A program made the translations under genes and the position numbers. A model generated the notes under the pieces. That model ran no database searches. It worked only from the letters and a program-made list of their open reading frames with translations, and was not told where the DNA came from. A DNA stretch of 64,000 nt from Octopus vulgaris (lineage: Eukaryota), in contig OX597815.1 of the NCBI GenBank assembly GCA_951406725.2, forward strand, positions 161,324,001 through 161,388,000, given 5' to 3'. This document shows, one piece after another, positions 1 through 12,330 of the stretch. Numbering within the stretch: the first letter of the stretch is position 1; every line of letters starts with the position of its first letter.

Positions 1-124
1 CACTAGCTTCATATATAATTTGTCAATTCTTAGATAAACTCTGCTTGTCTGACAGGGTTTTTCTCATTGTATGTATGTGTGTGTGGTGGTACTGTCCCAG
101 CATAATCACAGCCTGGAAACAGAG

Positions 125-305
125 TAATTAGCCATATTTCATCTACCTTTATGTTCTGAGTTCAAATTCTGTCAAAGTCGACTTTGCTTTCCATCCTTTT
201 GAGGGTTGATAAACTAAATACCAGTTGCGTACTGAGGTTAATCTAGTCGACTGGCCTCCTCCCCCAAAATTTCAAGCCTTGTGCCTAGAGTAGAAAAGAT
301 TATTC
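125..305 (+). mobile_element. SINE family B (Meta-domain-like tRNA SINE), partial
   Basis: gttctgagttcaaattc...gtcgactttgctttccatccttt...gataa...taccagtt core shared with many copies in the window; the core resembles the MetaSINE/Sauria-SINE central domain. Confidence 0.75.
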
Positions 306-499
306 TGACTATGGAAGATGAAGGATTGAGCAAAGTAGTGAACATAGACCTGAAAGAGGAGAGATATAGTAGAGGTAATGACAGTTGTAGGTGGGTGGGT
401 CATAATTTACACCCAACCTAGTTCAAAGAGAGAAGTCAATGAGTCAGTGAACTCCAAAGGGAAGGGTTAGGTTTTAGAATGCTGTTTTAGCTAAGATAC

Positions 500-850
500 T
501 TTTCTTTTATCATTGACTTTGTTTTAGTCACTGGATTGTAGCCAGGCCAAGGCACTGCCTTGAAAGGTTTGGTTGAATGAATCAACCTCATCACCTGGTA
601 CTTATTCAATCAGTCTCTTTTGCCAAACTGCTAAGTAATGGGGACAAACAAACACAAACACATGCATAGATATATACATACATGTGTGTGTGTATACAAA
701 CATATATATATACACAAACACACACAACAGGTTGCTTTCAGTTTCTGTCTGCTAAATCCACTCACAATACTTGAGGTGGCCTGGAGCTATAGTAGAAGAC
801 CTTTGACCAAGGTGCTTCACAGTAGGGATGAACCCAAGACCACATGGTTC
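500..850 (-). mobile_element. SINE family A (tRNA-headed, CR1-type tail), degraded
   Basis: Reverse-complement similarity to the intact copy at 59545-59962, including the internal (CA/TA)n. Confidence 0.7.
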
Positions 851-1679
851 TGTGATGCCAAGACAGACTATCAGAAATTACGAAACCTAGTACTTGTAGA
901 GAAAATTTTCAGGTTTTTTATTGCATATAGTTCAAGAGTCAAAGGAGTAAGGTATAAGATTGTCTGCTTCAACAGAAAATGCATCCTTATGTAGTTTTTC
1001 CTTCTTTTATTCATTGCATTTAAGGGTGCTTTTTATGTGCTAGTTACACAACACTGGTATCTGTCATGACTACAATCTCACTTGGCTTGATGGGTCTTAG
1101 CCTTCAGATTTCATTGATATGCTTGTTTATTTTTAGAATGACATTGTAGGGTAGGTGTGGGAGGCCAGATCTGGCCAGTTCGGGAATAAAACAGGTAGAA
1201 TATTTGAGCTGCTAATGGGTTAATCTTATTATTTACTTTCTAGTCCATGCTATTTCCTTCAATCTGTACTTTCAAAACCTTCTTCCTAAGATATACATTG
1301 GCACAATTAGTAAACAGACTCCCACACACCTACAGAAACTTTGATATTTCTGTCTCTAATTTTCATTTATCAATTTCCTTCCAACTTTATGAACATGACA
1401 AGTGAGATAATAATTTTATCTATAGTGTATATTTTCACAGATTTCTATACAATTCGGTGTTTGTTAACCTTCAAATAGCACTAGATTTCGAGTAAACAAT
1501 TCTGTGTCTTCACTTTTGTGTTATTTTCTTCTATTGTTGCTGTAAATAAATATAATAACATTCTTAGTTTTATACTGAATAAACAAACTTACATAAATAT
1601 AAAAGCATCTTTCAATATGTTTAAAATAAGGTTACAGTATGTTGTTGCTAGATAAAAATGGAGATTGGAATCTTTTGCA

Positions 1680-2359
1680 TCAGTGACATACATACACAAG
1701 CCAGTACAAGCGCAGACACACACTTGTAAATATACACAAACGCACAAATACATATGTAGTTAGACACATGTGTTCATATGCACACATGTACATGAATAAA
1801 CATAAATGCACAAACAACCATGCACATATGCTTACACACATAGACAGACAGGCACATACAGACTTGTATAGAGATACACATATTATATATATATATACAT
1901 ATATATACACACACACACCAATGCGCACAAACACACACGCACATGAATATGTAAACATATACATGTAGTCATGCACATATGCTCACACACACATAAACAG
2001 ACACATTTACACCACACACACACACGCATATATATATATATACATACACGTATACACATCCACAAGCACCCAACATTCTCTTATCATTTGCTGTTTTCTT
2101 CGAAATTATTTTTAGTATATTTTTGTTTTATTTCTTTAACTGATCATTTAAGCTTTCACTTCTCAGTCTCTCCCCAATTCTCCATTCCACACAAACCATC
2201 GTATTTTCCAGCCTCCCTACTCTTCTTTCTGATTTCTTCTTTCATCGTATCACTGTTCCTTACTTTCTAACATTGGTCCTCTCTTGCTTATAGATTTTTC
2301 TTTCCTATTCCTTTGATAGCGTTTAATTTTTCTTTCTCTAGTAATCTATTTACAGATTC

Positions 2360-2418
<59 letters not shown>

Positions 2419-2620
2419 GTGTATTTATATACATATATATGTGTACGTGTGTATATGTGTGTGTATATTTATACGTGTGTATATGTGTGTGTATATATGT
2501 GTATGTGTATATATGTGTGTGTATATTTATGTACATATATATGTGTATGTGTGTATATGTGTGTGTGTGTAGATATGAGTATATATGTGTGTGTGCATGT
2601 GTATGTTTTTTGTTTATGTT
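1680..2620. repeat. Degenerate (CA)n/(TA)n/(TG)n microsatellite fields
   Basis: Direct inspection; explains the spurious H/T/Y/I/C/V-rich ORFs. Confidence 0.9.
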
Positions 2621-3097
2621 TTTTTATTTTTTTTTATCCTCCTGTCACCTTTCTATCAATGGCTCTGATAATACATCTCTCAATTGAACTAATGTAATCA
2701 ATAGTTGCCACGAAAAGAAGGACATGAAACAAATTATTTTTCTTTGTCTTGATATGCAGCAGTCCACTAACGTGAAACATTTGTCAGAATTTCATTTTGA
2801 GACAGTCAAGCTTGTTCTACGACAAGCAAGCTCATAGGAGTTTGGGGGGGTCGGTGGTTGCGTTTTCTTGTCACATAAACCATTTTCATCTGTTTACATT
2901 TCGTTTAGTTTATTGTGAAAATTTATAAAGTTGGTATGTAACAGAATATTTTCAATGGCTCTACTGTTTCAATATGTCATTCTATATTTTGATTAATGTG
3001 TGCTTGTGTGTGTGTGTGTGTGTGTGTCATTGTATATGCATGCATTTTTTGTTTACGTTTTCCATATATGTATATTTGGAACTGTGTGTGTATAAAT

Positions 3098-3432
3098 CAT
3101 CATCATCATCATCGTCGTCGTCGTCGTTTAACGTCCATTTTCCATGCTAGCATGGGTTGAATGGTTCGACCGGGGTCTGGGAACCCAGGAGGCTGCACCA
3201 GGCTCCAGTCTGATCTGGCAGTGTTTCTACTTCTGGATGCCCTTCCTAACGCCAACCACTCCGTGAGTGTAGTGGGTGCTTTTAACTTGCCACCAGCACA
3301 GGTGCCAGGCGGGGCTGGCAACAGCCACAATCAGTTGGAGCTTTTCACGTGCCACCAGCACAGAAGCCAGTCAAGGCGGCACTGGCATCAGCCACATTCG
3401 GATAGTGCTTTTTATGTGCCACCAGCACAGAG
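3098..3432 (-). mobile_element. RTE LINE 3' tail copy (5'-truncated) ending in (GAT)n
   Basis: Near-identical to 34028-34340, the 3' UTR of the RTE element. Confidence 0.85.
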
Positions 3433-3435
3433 AGT

Positions 3436-3790
3436 ACAGGCATGATTGTATGCTATGAAGTTTGCTTCCTAACCACATGGTTTCTAGTTCAATCCCACTT
3501 CATGGAAACTGGGGCAAATGTTTTCTACTATAGCCCTAAGGCAACCAAAGTCTTGTGAGTGGATCTGGAAAATGGAAACTGAAAGAACTTTGGTGCTCGA
3601 CCTTGGCCACAGCCTTTGGGCTGAAGCATATAAAGAAATAATAGAATTGTTATATGCATGTACATGTATCCTCTTGCCTTGACATCACATGATTGTGTTG
3701 TAAGCTAATTTCACCATCATGCAAGTCTTCTCCAATCTTTTTTGAAAACCTGTCTAGTAATGGAAAATATTATGTTGTTCAGAAAATATG
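3436..3790 (+). mobile_element. SINE with family-A head and a different body, degraded
   Basis: Head matches family A (aaccacatggtt...gttcaatcccac...gggcaa); body ccttgacatcacatgat... matches 13795-13890. Confidence 0.55.
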
Positions 3791-4547
3791 GCCGATTTTA
3801 TAATAACCCTATATTCTTGTAAAACTGAATTTATATAAGGGTTTAATTATTCAAAATATGATCCCTGAACAGTTATGTAAGGAAAAATTAAAAAAATTGA
3901 GGGTTTTTCTCTGTTTTGTTTGTTCATTTTTACGTACATCTTTCCTCCATATAATTATTTTTACATATATAAGTCAGTATTTTTATAAAACTTTTACCTT
4001 TGACAAAATACTTTATCATTGAAACAATTGTTTCAGTCTAAAGTATTTACTTTTTAAAAATCTAAGGCATTTACTTTTTGTAAAATTATATATATACGTA
4101 TGTATGTATGTATGTATGGATGGATGGATGGATGGATGGTCACTTTCGAGTGCTACTGGTAACATGTGGGATGAAAAACAAAACCCATCAAAGGGCAGAG
4201 GAACTCTTGAGAGTCAATGGCCATCCAATAAATGGAGAAGGTAACTCAGGTAACTGAGATAACTCCAATATAAAAAACCTGGGGCTCAGTGGTTACCGAT
4301 GATGTTGACTTGTTCTTCTTTTCGGATTATGGCTGCTGTTGCTTAGTGAGTGGGATTGACTCTGTGCATAGCCTTTCCTCTTCTTGCACAGGCATTGCAT
4401 GATAACAACATTGATTAAGCATCATGCAGTGGCCATCCTCAATAACGAGGGGGCAGCCACCATATCATCAGTAAATCATGAATCTGGAAAAGAAGTATAC
4501 TCTAAGTTACAGAGCATTAAAGTATATAGATAAAGATAGATATGGCT

Positions 4548-4620
4548 GGTCTATGGGGCTACCCTGGGTTTCACGGCCATAAAGTGCTTAGCTTTACAGT
4601 GTTTCTTCAGACTCTAAACC
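4548..4620 (-). ncRNA. Type I hammerhead ribozyme-like motif
   Basis: Minus strand: ggtttagagt CTGAAGA a-acactgtaaag-ctaagca-ctttatggccgt GAAAC ccagg GTA gccccatagacc; stem III ACCC-A-GGGT. Confidence 0.6.
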
Positions 4621-4982
4621 CATTGGCCTATAATCTTGCTAGAGAGGCCATAGGCCAATGGGTTTAGAGCCTGAAGAAACACTATAAGGCTAAGTGCTTT
4701 ATCAATGCAAAACCCAGGGTAACCCCATAGACCATATCTATCTGTATCTATATACTTTACTGCTCTGTAACTTCTTTTTCACATTTATGATTTACTGATG
4801 ATCTATCTCACTCCCTGGCCAGAGTTTTTACAAAGACCATATTGTTTGTGTTAAATAGCTGTCCAGCAGGCCATGCTTCTACATATTCACAGAAGCCACT
4901 TAGTCCCTCAAAAATATGGAACGTTTTGACCTCGGCTACTCCACTAATTTTCTAAACTTGCTAGAGAGGCCATAGGCCAACA

Positions 4983-5055
4983 GGTTTAGGGTCTGAAGAA
5001 GTGCTGTAAAGCAAAATACTTTATGGATGTGAAACCCAGTGTAACCTCATAGACC
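4983..5055 (+). ncRNA. Type I hammerhead ribozyme-like motif
   Basis: ggtttagggt CTGAAGA agtgctgtaaag-caaaata-ctttatggatgt GAAAC ccagt GTA acctcatagacc; stem I gggt/acct and ggttta/tagacc. Confidence 0.6.
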
Positions 5056-5251
5056 AACCATATCTATCTTTATCTATGTATAGATGTAAATATATATATA
5101 TTTGTTTTGCATGATTCTTGATGTGAAATCATATGTTGAAACAAATATTGTTATACTTGGGATGGTCATATTTTTTCTTTTAATTGGCAAAATATGACCA
5201 TTCACTAGTAAAACAATATATATACATACAAGGGAGTTCTGAATATATATA

Positions 5252-5520
5252 TCATCATCATCATCGTCATCATCATCATCATCGTTTAACGTCTGTTTTC
5301 CGTGCTAGCACGTGTTGGACGGTTCGACTGGGGTCTGGGAAGCCAGGAGGCTGCACCAGGCTCCAATCTGATCTCTCAGTGTTTCTACAGCTGGATGCCC
5401 TTCCTAATGCAACCACTCCATGAGTGTAGTGGGTGCTTTTTACATGCCAATGGCACAGGTGCCAGGGGAGGCTGGCAGTGGCCACATTCAGATGGTGCTT
5501 TTTACGTACCTCCGGCACAG
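5252..5520 (-). mobile_element. RTE LINE 3' tail copy
   Basis: Matches 34028-34280; (CAT)n end abuts a TA run. Confidence 0.85.
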
Positions 5521-5559
5521 TTATATATACGTATACATACATATATATATACATACACA

Positions 5560-5774
5560 CAAGGTGATACTGCAAAGTTCCTGGCTTTAAGGGTCTCATG
5601 AAAGGCCTGGTCAAAGGCCCAACTTTCTGAGTTCTTTCACAGGGCGTAGAAAAACTGAAGGACCATTTCAGTAAGTGTGTGAATGTGAGAGGTGATATGT
5701 TGAATAAAATCATAACTAACTGATTCTTCTGTATTTTCTTTTACCCAAAGCTAAGAACTTTTCAGTCCCCACTG

Positions 5775-5780
<6 letters not shown>
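5560..5780 (+). mobile_element. Non-autonomous mariner-derived MITE
   Basis: Degenerate TIRs (ctgcaaagttcctggctt / aagctaagaacttttcag); remnant of the mariner C-terminus (QGVEKLKDHFSKCVNVRGD); second copy at 41230-41442. Confidence 0.7.
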
Positions 5781-5823
<43 letters not shown>

Positions 5824-6234
5824 GTGAATAGGTAGGATTGGGTTGTTGTGGTGTATTAGGTGTGATGTATAATGCATTCTTTATTCTAGTAAGAGATCAA
5901 TGTTACTTATCTCAGAAAAATTTGTGTCTCACCAGAATATATCAATTCCTATGTCACGTTTTACATTTTAAGAATATCTTAAAATAGCAATTGAAATAAA
6001 TATCTTTGCCTATCAGGCATAGCTGTTGCTTTTATTTCATTTTATTTTTGTATCTGTTTTAGTAGTACATCAACATATTTATGACATCAATGTGAGATAA
6101 TCCCCCTGTCTATCATTTAAGTATTAAATCTGTCTATATATGTGTATTATATATTTGCGCATATGTACAATTATACTATTCTATTTCTCTTTAAAGGTGT
6201 TTTATTTTCTGACTATGGCCATTTAACTGATAGC

Positions 6235-6346
6235 ATATCTATCTATCTATCTATCTATCTATCTGTCTGTCTGTCTACTATCTGTCTACTATCTGTCTGC
6301 CTGTCTGTCTATCTATCTATTTATCTATCTATCTACTATCTGTCTG

Positions 6347-6415
<69 letters not shown>

Positions 6416-6632
6416 TTGTCTCTCTATCTATCTGTCTGTCGGTCTGCCAGCCTGCCTGCCTGTCTGTCTGTCTGTCATCTGTTTGTCTGTCTGTCTGTCT
6501 ATCTGTCTATCTGTCTCTCGATCTGTCTATCTATTGATCTATCAGTCTGTTTGCTTGTCTATCTGTCTATTTCTGTCTACTTATCAATTTATCTCTCTCT
6601 CTATCTATCTGTCTGTCTGTCAATCGATCTAT
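6235..6632. repeat. (TATC)n/(TGTC)n tetranucleotide microsatellite
   Basis: Direct inspection. Confidence 0.95.
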
Positions 6633-7125
6633 AGTTATCTAACTATAAAAAGACACACACACACACAAACACATGCACTTGCAATAACTCATTTTCATTC
6701 TCATTTTCCCTTATATGCTATACTCACCTATCCTTACATGCATGCACTCTCAAACACACACACTCATGCATATATGATAATATAGTTTACACAACATTAC
6801 ATATTTGATAAAGAGATAAAGTACACTCCACAGTTAATTCTCACTTTTTTTTTTTCATAATTTCGTTCTCTTTCCAAGAACAACTTAAACAACTTATCAT
6901 CATTTACATGAACTGTTTCCTTCATCTTTCTTTTTTTTCATGTCTTTAATCTTATTTTCTTTGAAAAAGAAGCCATCACCTTAAACAAGGTTCTCTTACA
7001 TCATGCACACTACATTTTTATTGGATTCTCATGGCTTTTTAAATATTTCTTCTCAGTCACTGCAGTTTACAACCACTACCTTATCATGTCTATTAATTTG
7101 GCATCTTCTTTTAAAATACCTGTAC

Positions 7126-7482
7126 AGCGTAGGAGTGGCTGTGTGATAAGTAGCTTGCTTACAAACCACATGGTTCTGGGTTCAGTCCCACTGCATGGCA
7201 CCTTGGGCAAGTGTCTTCTACTATAGCCTCAGGCCGACGAAAGCCTTGTGAGTGGATTTGGTAGACGGAAACTGAAAGAAGCCCGTCATATATGTGTGTG
7301 TTTGTATGTCTGTGTTTGTCCCTCAACATCACTTGACAACCAATGCTGGTGTGTTTACGTCCCTGTAACTTAGCGGTTCGGCATAAGAGTCTGATAGAAT
7401 AAGTACTATGCTTACAAAGAATAAGTTCTGGGGTCGATTTGCTCGACTAAAGGCAGTGCTCCAGCATGGCTGCAGTCAACTG
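7126..7482 (+). mobile_element. SINE family A, near full length
   Basis: tRNA-like head (gtggctgtgtg.taag...gggttcagtccc), ccttgggcaagtgtctt body, ggcagtgctccagcatggc tail. Confidence 0.9.
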
Positions 7483-7560
7483 ACTGTGGTTCTCAATCAG
7501 GGATTATATGACCCTTGGTGTCCATACAAGATTTTGTTGTTAAAAATTATATGTAACATA

Positions 7561-7698
7561 GGTACAGGCATGGCTGTTCAGTCCCATTGTGTAGCACCTT
7601 GGATAACTGTCTTCTACTTTAGCCTCAAGTTGAGCAAAGCCTTGTGAGTGGATTTGGTAGACGGAAACTGAAAGAAGCCTGTCGTATGTGTGTATATA

Positions 7699-7739
<41 letters not shown>

Positions 7740-8232
7740 TTATATTTGTGCCACCGCTACCATCACTTGACAACCAATGTTGGTGCGTTTATATATGTAG
7801 AGGCGCAATGGCCTAGTGGTTAGGGCAGCGGACTCGCGGTCGCAGGATCGCGGTTTCGATTCTCAGACCGGGCGTTGTGTGTGTTTATTGAGCGAAAACA
7901 CCTAAAAGCTCTACGAGGCTCCGGCAGGGGGTGGTGATCCCTGCTGTACTCTTTCACCACAATGGCGGTGCCCCAGCATGGCCACAGCTCAAGAGCTGAA
8001 ACTGGAAAAACAAAAACAAAACAAACAAATATTTATATTTGTGCCACCGCTACCATCACTTGACAACCAATGTTGGTGCGTTTACATCCCCATAACTTAG
8101 TGGCTTGGCAGAAGAGACAGATAGAATAAGCACCAGGCATACAAAGAATAAGTCCAAGGATCGATTTCTTCAACTAAAAGGTGGTGCTACAGTATGGCCA
8201 CAGTCAATTGACTGAAACAAGTAAAAGAATAA
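7561..8232 (+). mobile_element. SINE family A copy split by a younger SINE
   Basis: Family A 5' half 7561-7791, 3' half 8029-8232. Confidence 0.85.
7800..8028 (+). mobile_element. tRNA-derived SINE family C (CpG-rich, young) with 56-bp flanking duplication
   Basis: A box TGGCCTAGTGG, B-box-like GGTTTCGATTC, tail ggcggtgccccagcatggccacagctcaagagctgaaac plus A-rich end; identical flanks 7736-7791 and 8029-8084. Confidence 0.85.
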
Positions 8233-8432
8233 ATCAGTTATACTTCTATACTACACATAATATTTCAATTTTTTTATATACAATTGCTAATAATATCTAA
8301 TTATGAAAATATAATGGGATCTTTTTAAAACATCAAGGGTTATGAGGGTCCAGAAGAGTAAAATAGGAATCAAAAGGGTTCACAGGCAAGAGATGATTCA
8401 GACCCACTGGTCTAGATAGTAACTGTCTTCGA

Positions 8433-8836
8433 CCAGGGTTTCAACTGGGGCTCAACTGTCTTCAAATAGGGTTTCAACTGTCAATTGGTGGGGGGGAGGG
8501 TTCAACTGTCTTCAACTGGGGTTCATATAAGATTTTTAGGGGCCTACACAACAAAATAATAAACCAGAGAACCACAATAGTATTTTAAGGGCCCCTGAAA
8601 AAATTTTGCTTTGGTATTATTATGCATTGGTATGTATTGCAAGGAATAGTGTATTACAAGGAATAGTGAGGTTTCTTTCTGTAACATTTTACATAATGTG
8701 TAGAAAACAAAATAGGAATTTTAAAAGAAGTTACGTTAAAACTAGTTTTTAAACATCAAAGAGCTAGTGGGGTCCATCAGAATAAAACAGTAATCAAACG
8801 GGTCCATAGATAAAAAAAAATGGTTGAGAGCCCCTA
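8433..8836. mobile_element. hAT-type MITE, degraded
   Basis: cagggtttcaac...ggttgagagcccct termini with ggggtccat subterminal motifs. Confidence 0.5.
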
Positions 8837-8899
8837 GTTTAGATGGCAGTGATTCTTGCTCTGCTGCATCACAGAATGTTAATGGTGAAAAAGGTTGAA

Positions 8900-10050
8900 T
8901 ATGATAACAGTGAGGATGGTGATAATAATGATGATGATGATGATGATAGTGATAACATATTATGATTATGGTGATGAATACCATTGCTCATAAGGATGAT
9001 GGCAATTTTCATGATGATGATGATGATGATAATGATTTTCATGATGATGAATTTCATGATCATAACCGTGATGACAATGAGGATGATTATGAATATCATT
9101 GCTGTTGACATCATCAGCTGCAGCATCATCATGACGACAAGGAGCTAGAGGGACACCATGAGCATAATGTGGATGATTTTCATAACAAAGATGGTGTTTT
9201 TCTTTTCTTTATTTTTACAGTCTTCACAGAACAGTTCACCATGTTAAAAAATACACCATGTTAAAATATATAAACCCCACCAATAAGTTAATGAACTTCA
9301 TGCCATATAACTATATTACATCCATCAAAAGAATAAGAGGGGAAAAAAAAATCAAAATAGCCATATTCTGTAGACATATAATTCATTGCTCATATGGACA
9401 ACACATTTTATTTCCACCAAGCAGACAAAGGAAAAGAATTGATATTTATGATGATGATGATGACGGTGATGATGGTGATGATGATGACTGGTTAATGGTG
9501 GTACTGGTGATTGTGGTGGTCTGGCTTTGGCAAAAGAATTGGTTATCTGATAGTAGCAGTGGTAGAGATGGTGATGATGAGGACGGTGACAATGATGACG
9601 ATAACAACAACAATAGTGGTGGTGATGCTGGTGCTGGTGGTGCTGGTGGTAGTGGTGGCAGCTATGATAGAGATGGGCAGCAGTAGTGATTGCTGTGACT
9701 AATATTCATGGTAGCAGTGGTAGTGATGATGGTGATGGAGGTGGTAGCATTGATAATGAGGGTAGCATTGATAATGGTGATTTTGATGAGGGATGAAAAT
9801 GGAATTTAGCCCAAGGTGGTCTTCTGATTGAGCAAATTTTTTAAAAAATACCCGTCATAATCAACCCCTAATTTAAAAAAAAATTTTTTTATCAGAGAAG
9901 GTATATATCATCCTATGTCTTTTCCTTCTTTTTTTTTTTAATGGTGATAGGGTAAGAGGATAATGATGAAAATATTTAAGGATGTTGATGGTGGTGGTGG
10001 TGGTGGTGGTATGGGTGATGGCAATAGTGATGAAAATGAAGATGGACATT
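8900..10050. repeat. Degenerate (GAT)n/(GGT)n trinucleotide low-complexity tracts
   Basis: Direct inspection. Confidence 0.85.
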
Positions 10051-10164
10051 TAAAAAAAAACATATAAGAAAGAGAAAAAATTAAAACAAAAGGCAAGAAT
10101 ATGAAATACAAAACAAAATTATTAAATCAATAAAAGATTAATAATGTTTATGTGATTGTGTGTA

Positions 10165-10170
10165 TGTAAA

Positions 10171-10211
<41 letters not shown>

Positions 10212-10272
10212 CTAATTACATGTACATACACACATTCACATATATACATACCATCATGTGTGTGTGTATATG

Positions 10273-10308
<36 letters not shown>

Positions 10309-10385
10309 TACACATGTATAAATACATATAGCTACGCATACACATAAACATAAAAACAAATGTACATGCAACTAATACACATGCA

Positions 10386-10431
<46 letters not shown>

Positions 10432-10447
10432 CACAGATATATATATG

Positions 10448-10485
<38 letters not shown>

Positions 10486-10590
10486 TAATCACTTGTGCAT
10501 ACACACTCACATGCACACCCGTATACATCCACACATACACATGCACACACATGCACACCCATATACATACAGACACATATATACCCATAA
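10165..10590. repeat. (TA)n/(CA)n microsatellite field
   Basis: Direct inspection. Confidence 0.9.
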
Positions 10591-11261
10591 TCTGTGTATA
10601 TTATTAAGAAATGGCTGTCAGATATCTTCACCATCTCAGCACCCATTATTCATTAAAAAAACCAAAAAAAAACAGAAATCTAGCAATGGTTTCTTGCATT
10701 AAACTCCTGAGATACTGAACAAACGGCATCACTTAGCAGTGATAAATGGCCTCAAGACACTGACACGTCATCGTTTCTGCTGTGTCTACCATATGCATAG
10801 GTGTTGGCCGCATCAACATCAGGGGAATGGTTTCTACATAGTATGGATAGGTGTTAGGCTTTGGGAGATGACAAAGGAAGATAACTCATCAGAATTTAGG
10901 AAACTGATTTGATTTTTGAAATTTAATATATAGTTTTATTTGTTTTTTTTTTGTTTTGGTGTAGTTGTAGCTTTTGTTGTTATTTATATTTTTGTTGTCT
11001 CAGCTGTCGTTGTTGTTATTGTTGTCTTATTTTTGCTCCCTTCATCTCTTTTTGTTGTTGGTGGTTTTGTGTTCATTGTTGGTAATTTTGTTGTTTTCAC
11101 TTGATTTCATCACAATGCCTGTTTGTTGTTGTTATTATCTTTTCTGCTATTCGTGTGATTGCAGTTGAGATTACTTGAATGTTGTTGTGTCAATGATTAA
11201 GCTCTCATGATTTTTGTTGTTGTTGCGGTTTTAACTTACATTATTATTACTATTGTCTTTA

Positions 11262-11890
11262 ATGCAGCAATCTAGTAGAATCATTAGCACGCTGGGCAAA
11301 ATGCTTAGTGGCATTTCAACAGTCTTTACATTCTGAGTTCAAATTCCACCGAGGTCAACTTTGCCTTTCAACCTTTTGGGGTCGATAAATTAAGTACCAG
11401 TCAAGTACGGGTGGTAGATATGATTGACTATCCCACTCCCCACAAACTTCAGGCTTTGTACCTTTAGTAGAAAGGATTATTGCTGTTGTCTTTAAGGTGG
11501 TGAACTAGCAGAAATGTTAACAAGCTGGGGAAAATGCTTAACATAATTTCGTCCATCTTTGTTTTAAGTTCAAATTCCGCTAAGGTTAGCTTTGCCTTTC
11601 ATCCTTTCAGGATCAATAAAATAAGTACCAGTTGAGCACTGGGGTCGATGTTATTGAGTTACCCCTCCTCCTAAATAGCTGGCCTTGTGCAGGACCTTGA
11701 AATTATTATTACTGTTGCCTGGCTGAATTGTTAGCACATCTTACAAAATGCTTACAGGCATTTCTTCCAGTCCTTTACGTTCTGAGTTCAAATTCTCTCA
11801 AGGTCGACTTGTCCTTTCAACGTCTCAAAATTGATAAGTTAATTACTAAGTGAGCACTGGTGGGGTTGATGTAGTCGTCTTACACCCTCC
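11262..11890 (+). mobile_element. Three head-to-tail SINE family B copies
   Basis: gagttcaaattc...tttgcctttca...aagtaccag repeated near 11335, 11567 and 11785, separated by short (ATT)-like linkers. Confidence 0.8.
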
Positions 11891-12060
11891 TCTGGACAAG
11901 GAGTCACGACTAATACAGCAAAGCTGCTTAATGTCCTTAGAGTTCTGCCAGTCCTGTTCCCTGGATTGTTTTTTAGCTGGATTTTAGCTGGATTTGAACC
12001 CAGACTGCTTCATATATTTGTACCCCAGTATCAATTTGATGGCATGCACTGCTCTCACTC

Positions 12061-12098
<38 letters not shown>

Positions 12099-12114
12099 TA
12101 ATAATAATAATAAT

Positions 12115-12330
12115 CCTTTCTATTAAAGGCAAAAGGTCTGAAAATTGGTGGGTGGGGCTAGTCAATTACATCGATCCTCAGTGCCAAAACTAGTACTTAT
12201 TACATCAACCCCAGAAGGATGAAATGCACAGTGGACCACAGGAGAATTAGAACTCATAACGTAAAACCAAATAAAATTCCACTAAGAATTTTTCCTGGTG
12301 CAGTAACAATTGTGCCAGCTCCCCGCCTTG
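12115..12330 (-). mobile_element. SINE family B with (AAT)n tail
   Basis: Reverse complement of the family B body; (AAT)n at 12061-12114. Confidence 0.75.

Larger units (their letters stand above)
4464..5080. mobile_element. Hammerhead-bearing element: inverted arm plus two direct copies (Penelope pLTR/retrozyme-like)
   Basis: 4464-4631 is the imperfect reverse complement of 4650-4802; 4957-5080 repeats 4635-4760 directly; each copy carries CTGAAGA...(G)AAACCCAG(G)GTA. Confidence 0.7.
7484..8409. mobile_element. hAT-type MITE interrupted by nested SINEs
   Basis: Termini ctgtggttctcaa...gattcagacccactg resemble CAGTGGTTCTCAACC hAT TIRs; interior similar to 31066-31522. Confidence 0.55.

Noticed and set aside
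1680-2697. Numerous 60-150 aa ORFs rich in Y/I/C/V/H/T (also near 6142, 10148, 16216, 18226, 27140, 29487, 42000, 62680)
   Set aside because: They are translations of di-, tri- and tetranucleotide microsatellites, which lack stop codons by composition.
4138-4460. Segment after (GGAT)n resembling an RTE 5' UTR, possibly with an HDV-like ribozyme
   Set aside because: Only a generic hairpin (gtggc...gccac) is visible; the nested double pseudoknot could not be built by eye.
7801-7875. Possible tRNA genes (also 16428-16501)
   Set aside because: A/B boxes are present but the acceptor stems do not close, and each continues into a repeat body; they are SINE heads.
9258-9702. ORF with poly-D/poly-G and a hydrophobic stretch
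   Set aside because: Derived from degenerate (GAT)/(GGT) repeats; no recognisable domain or exon structure.
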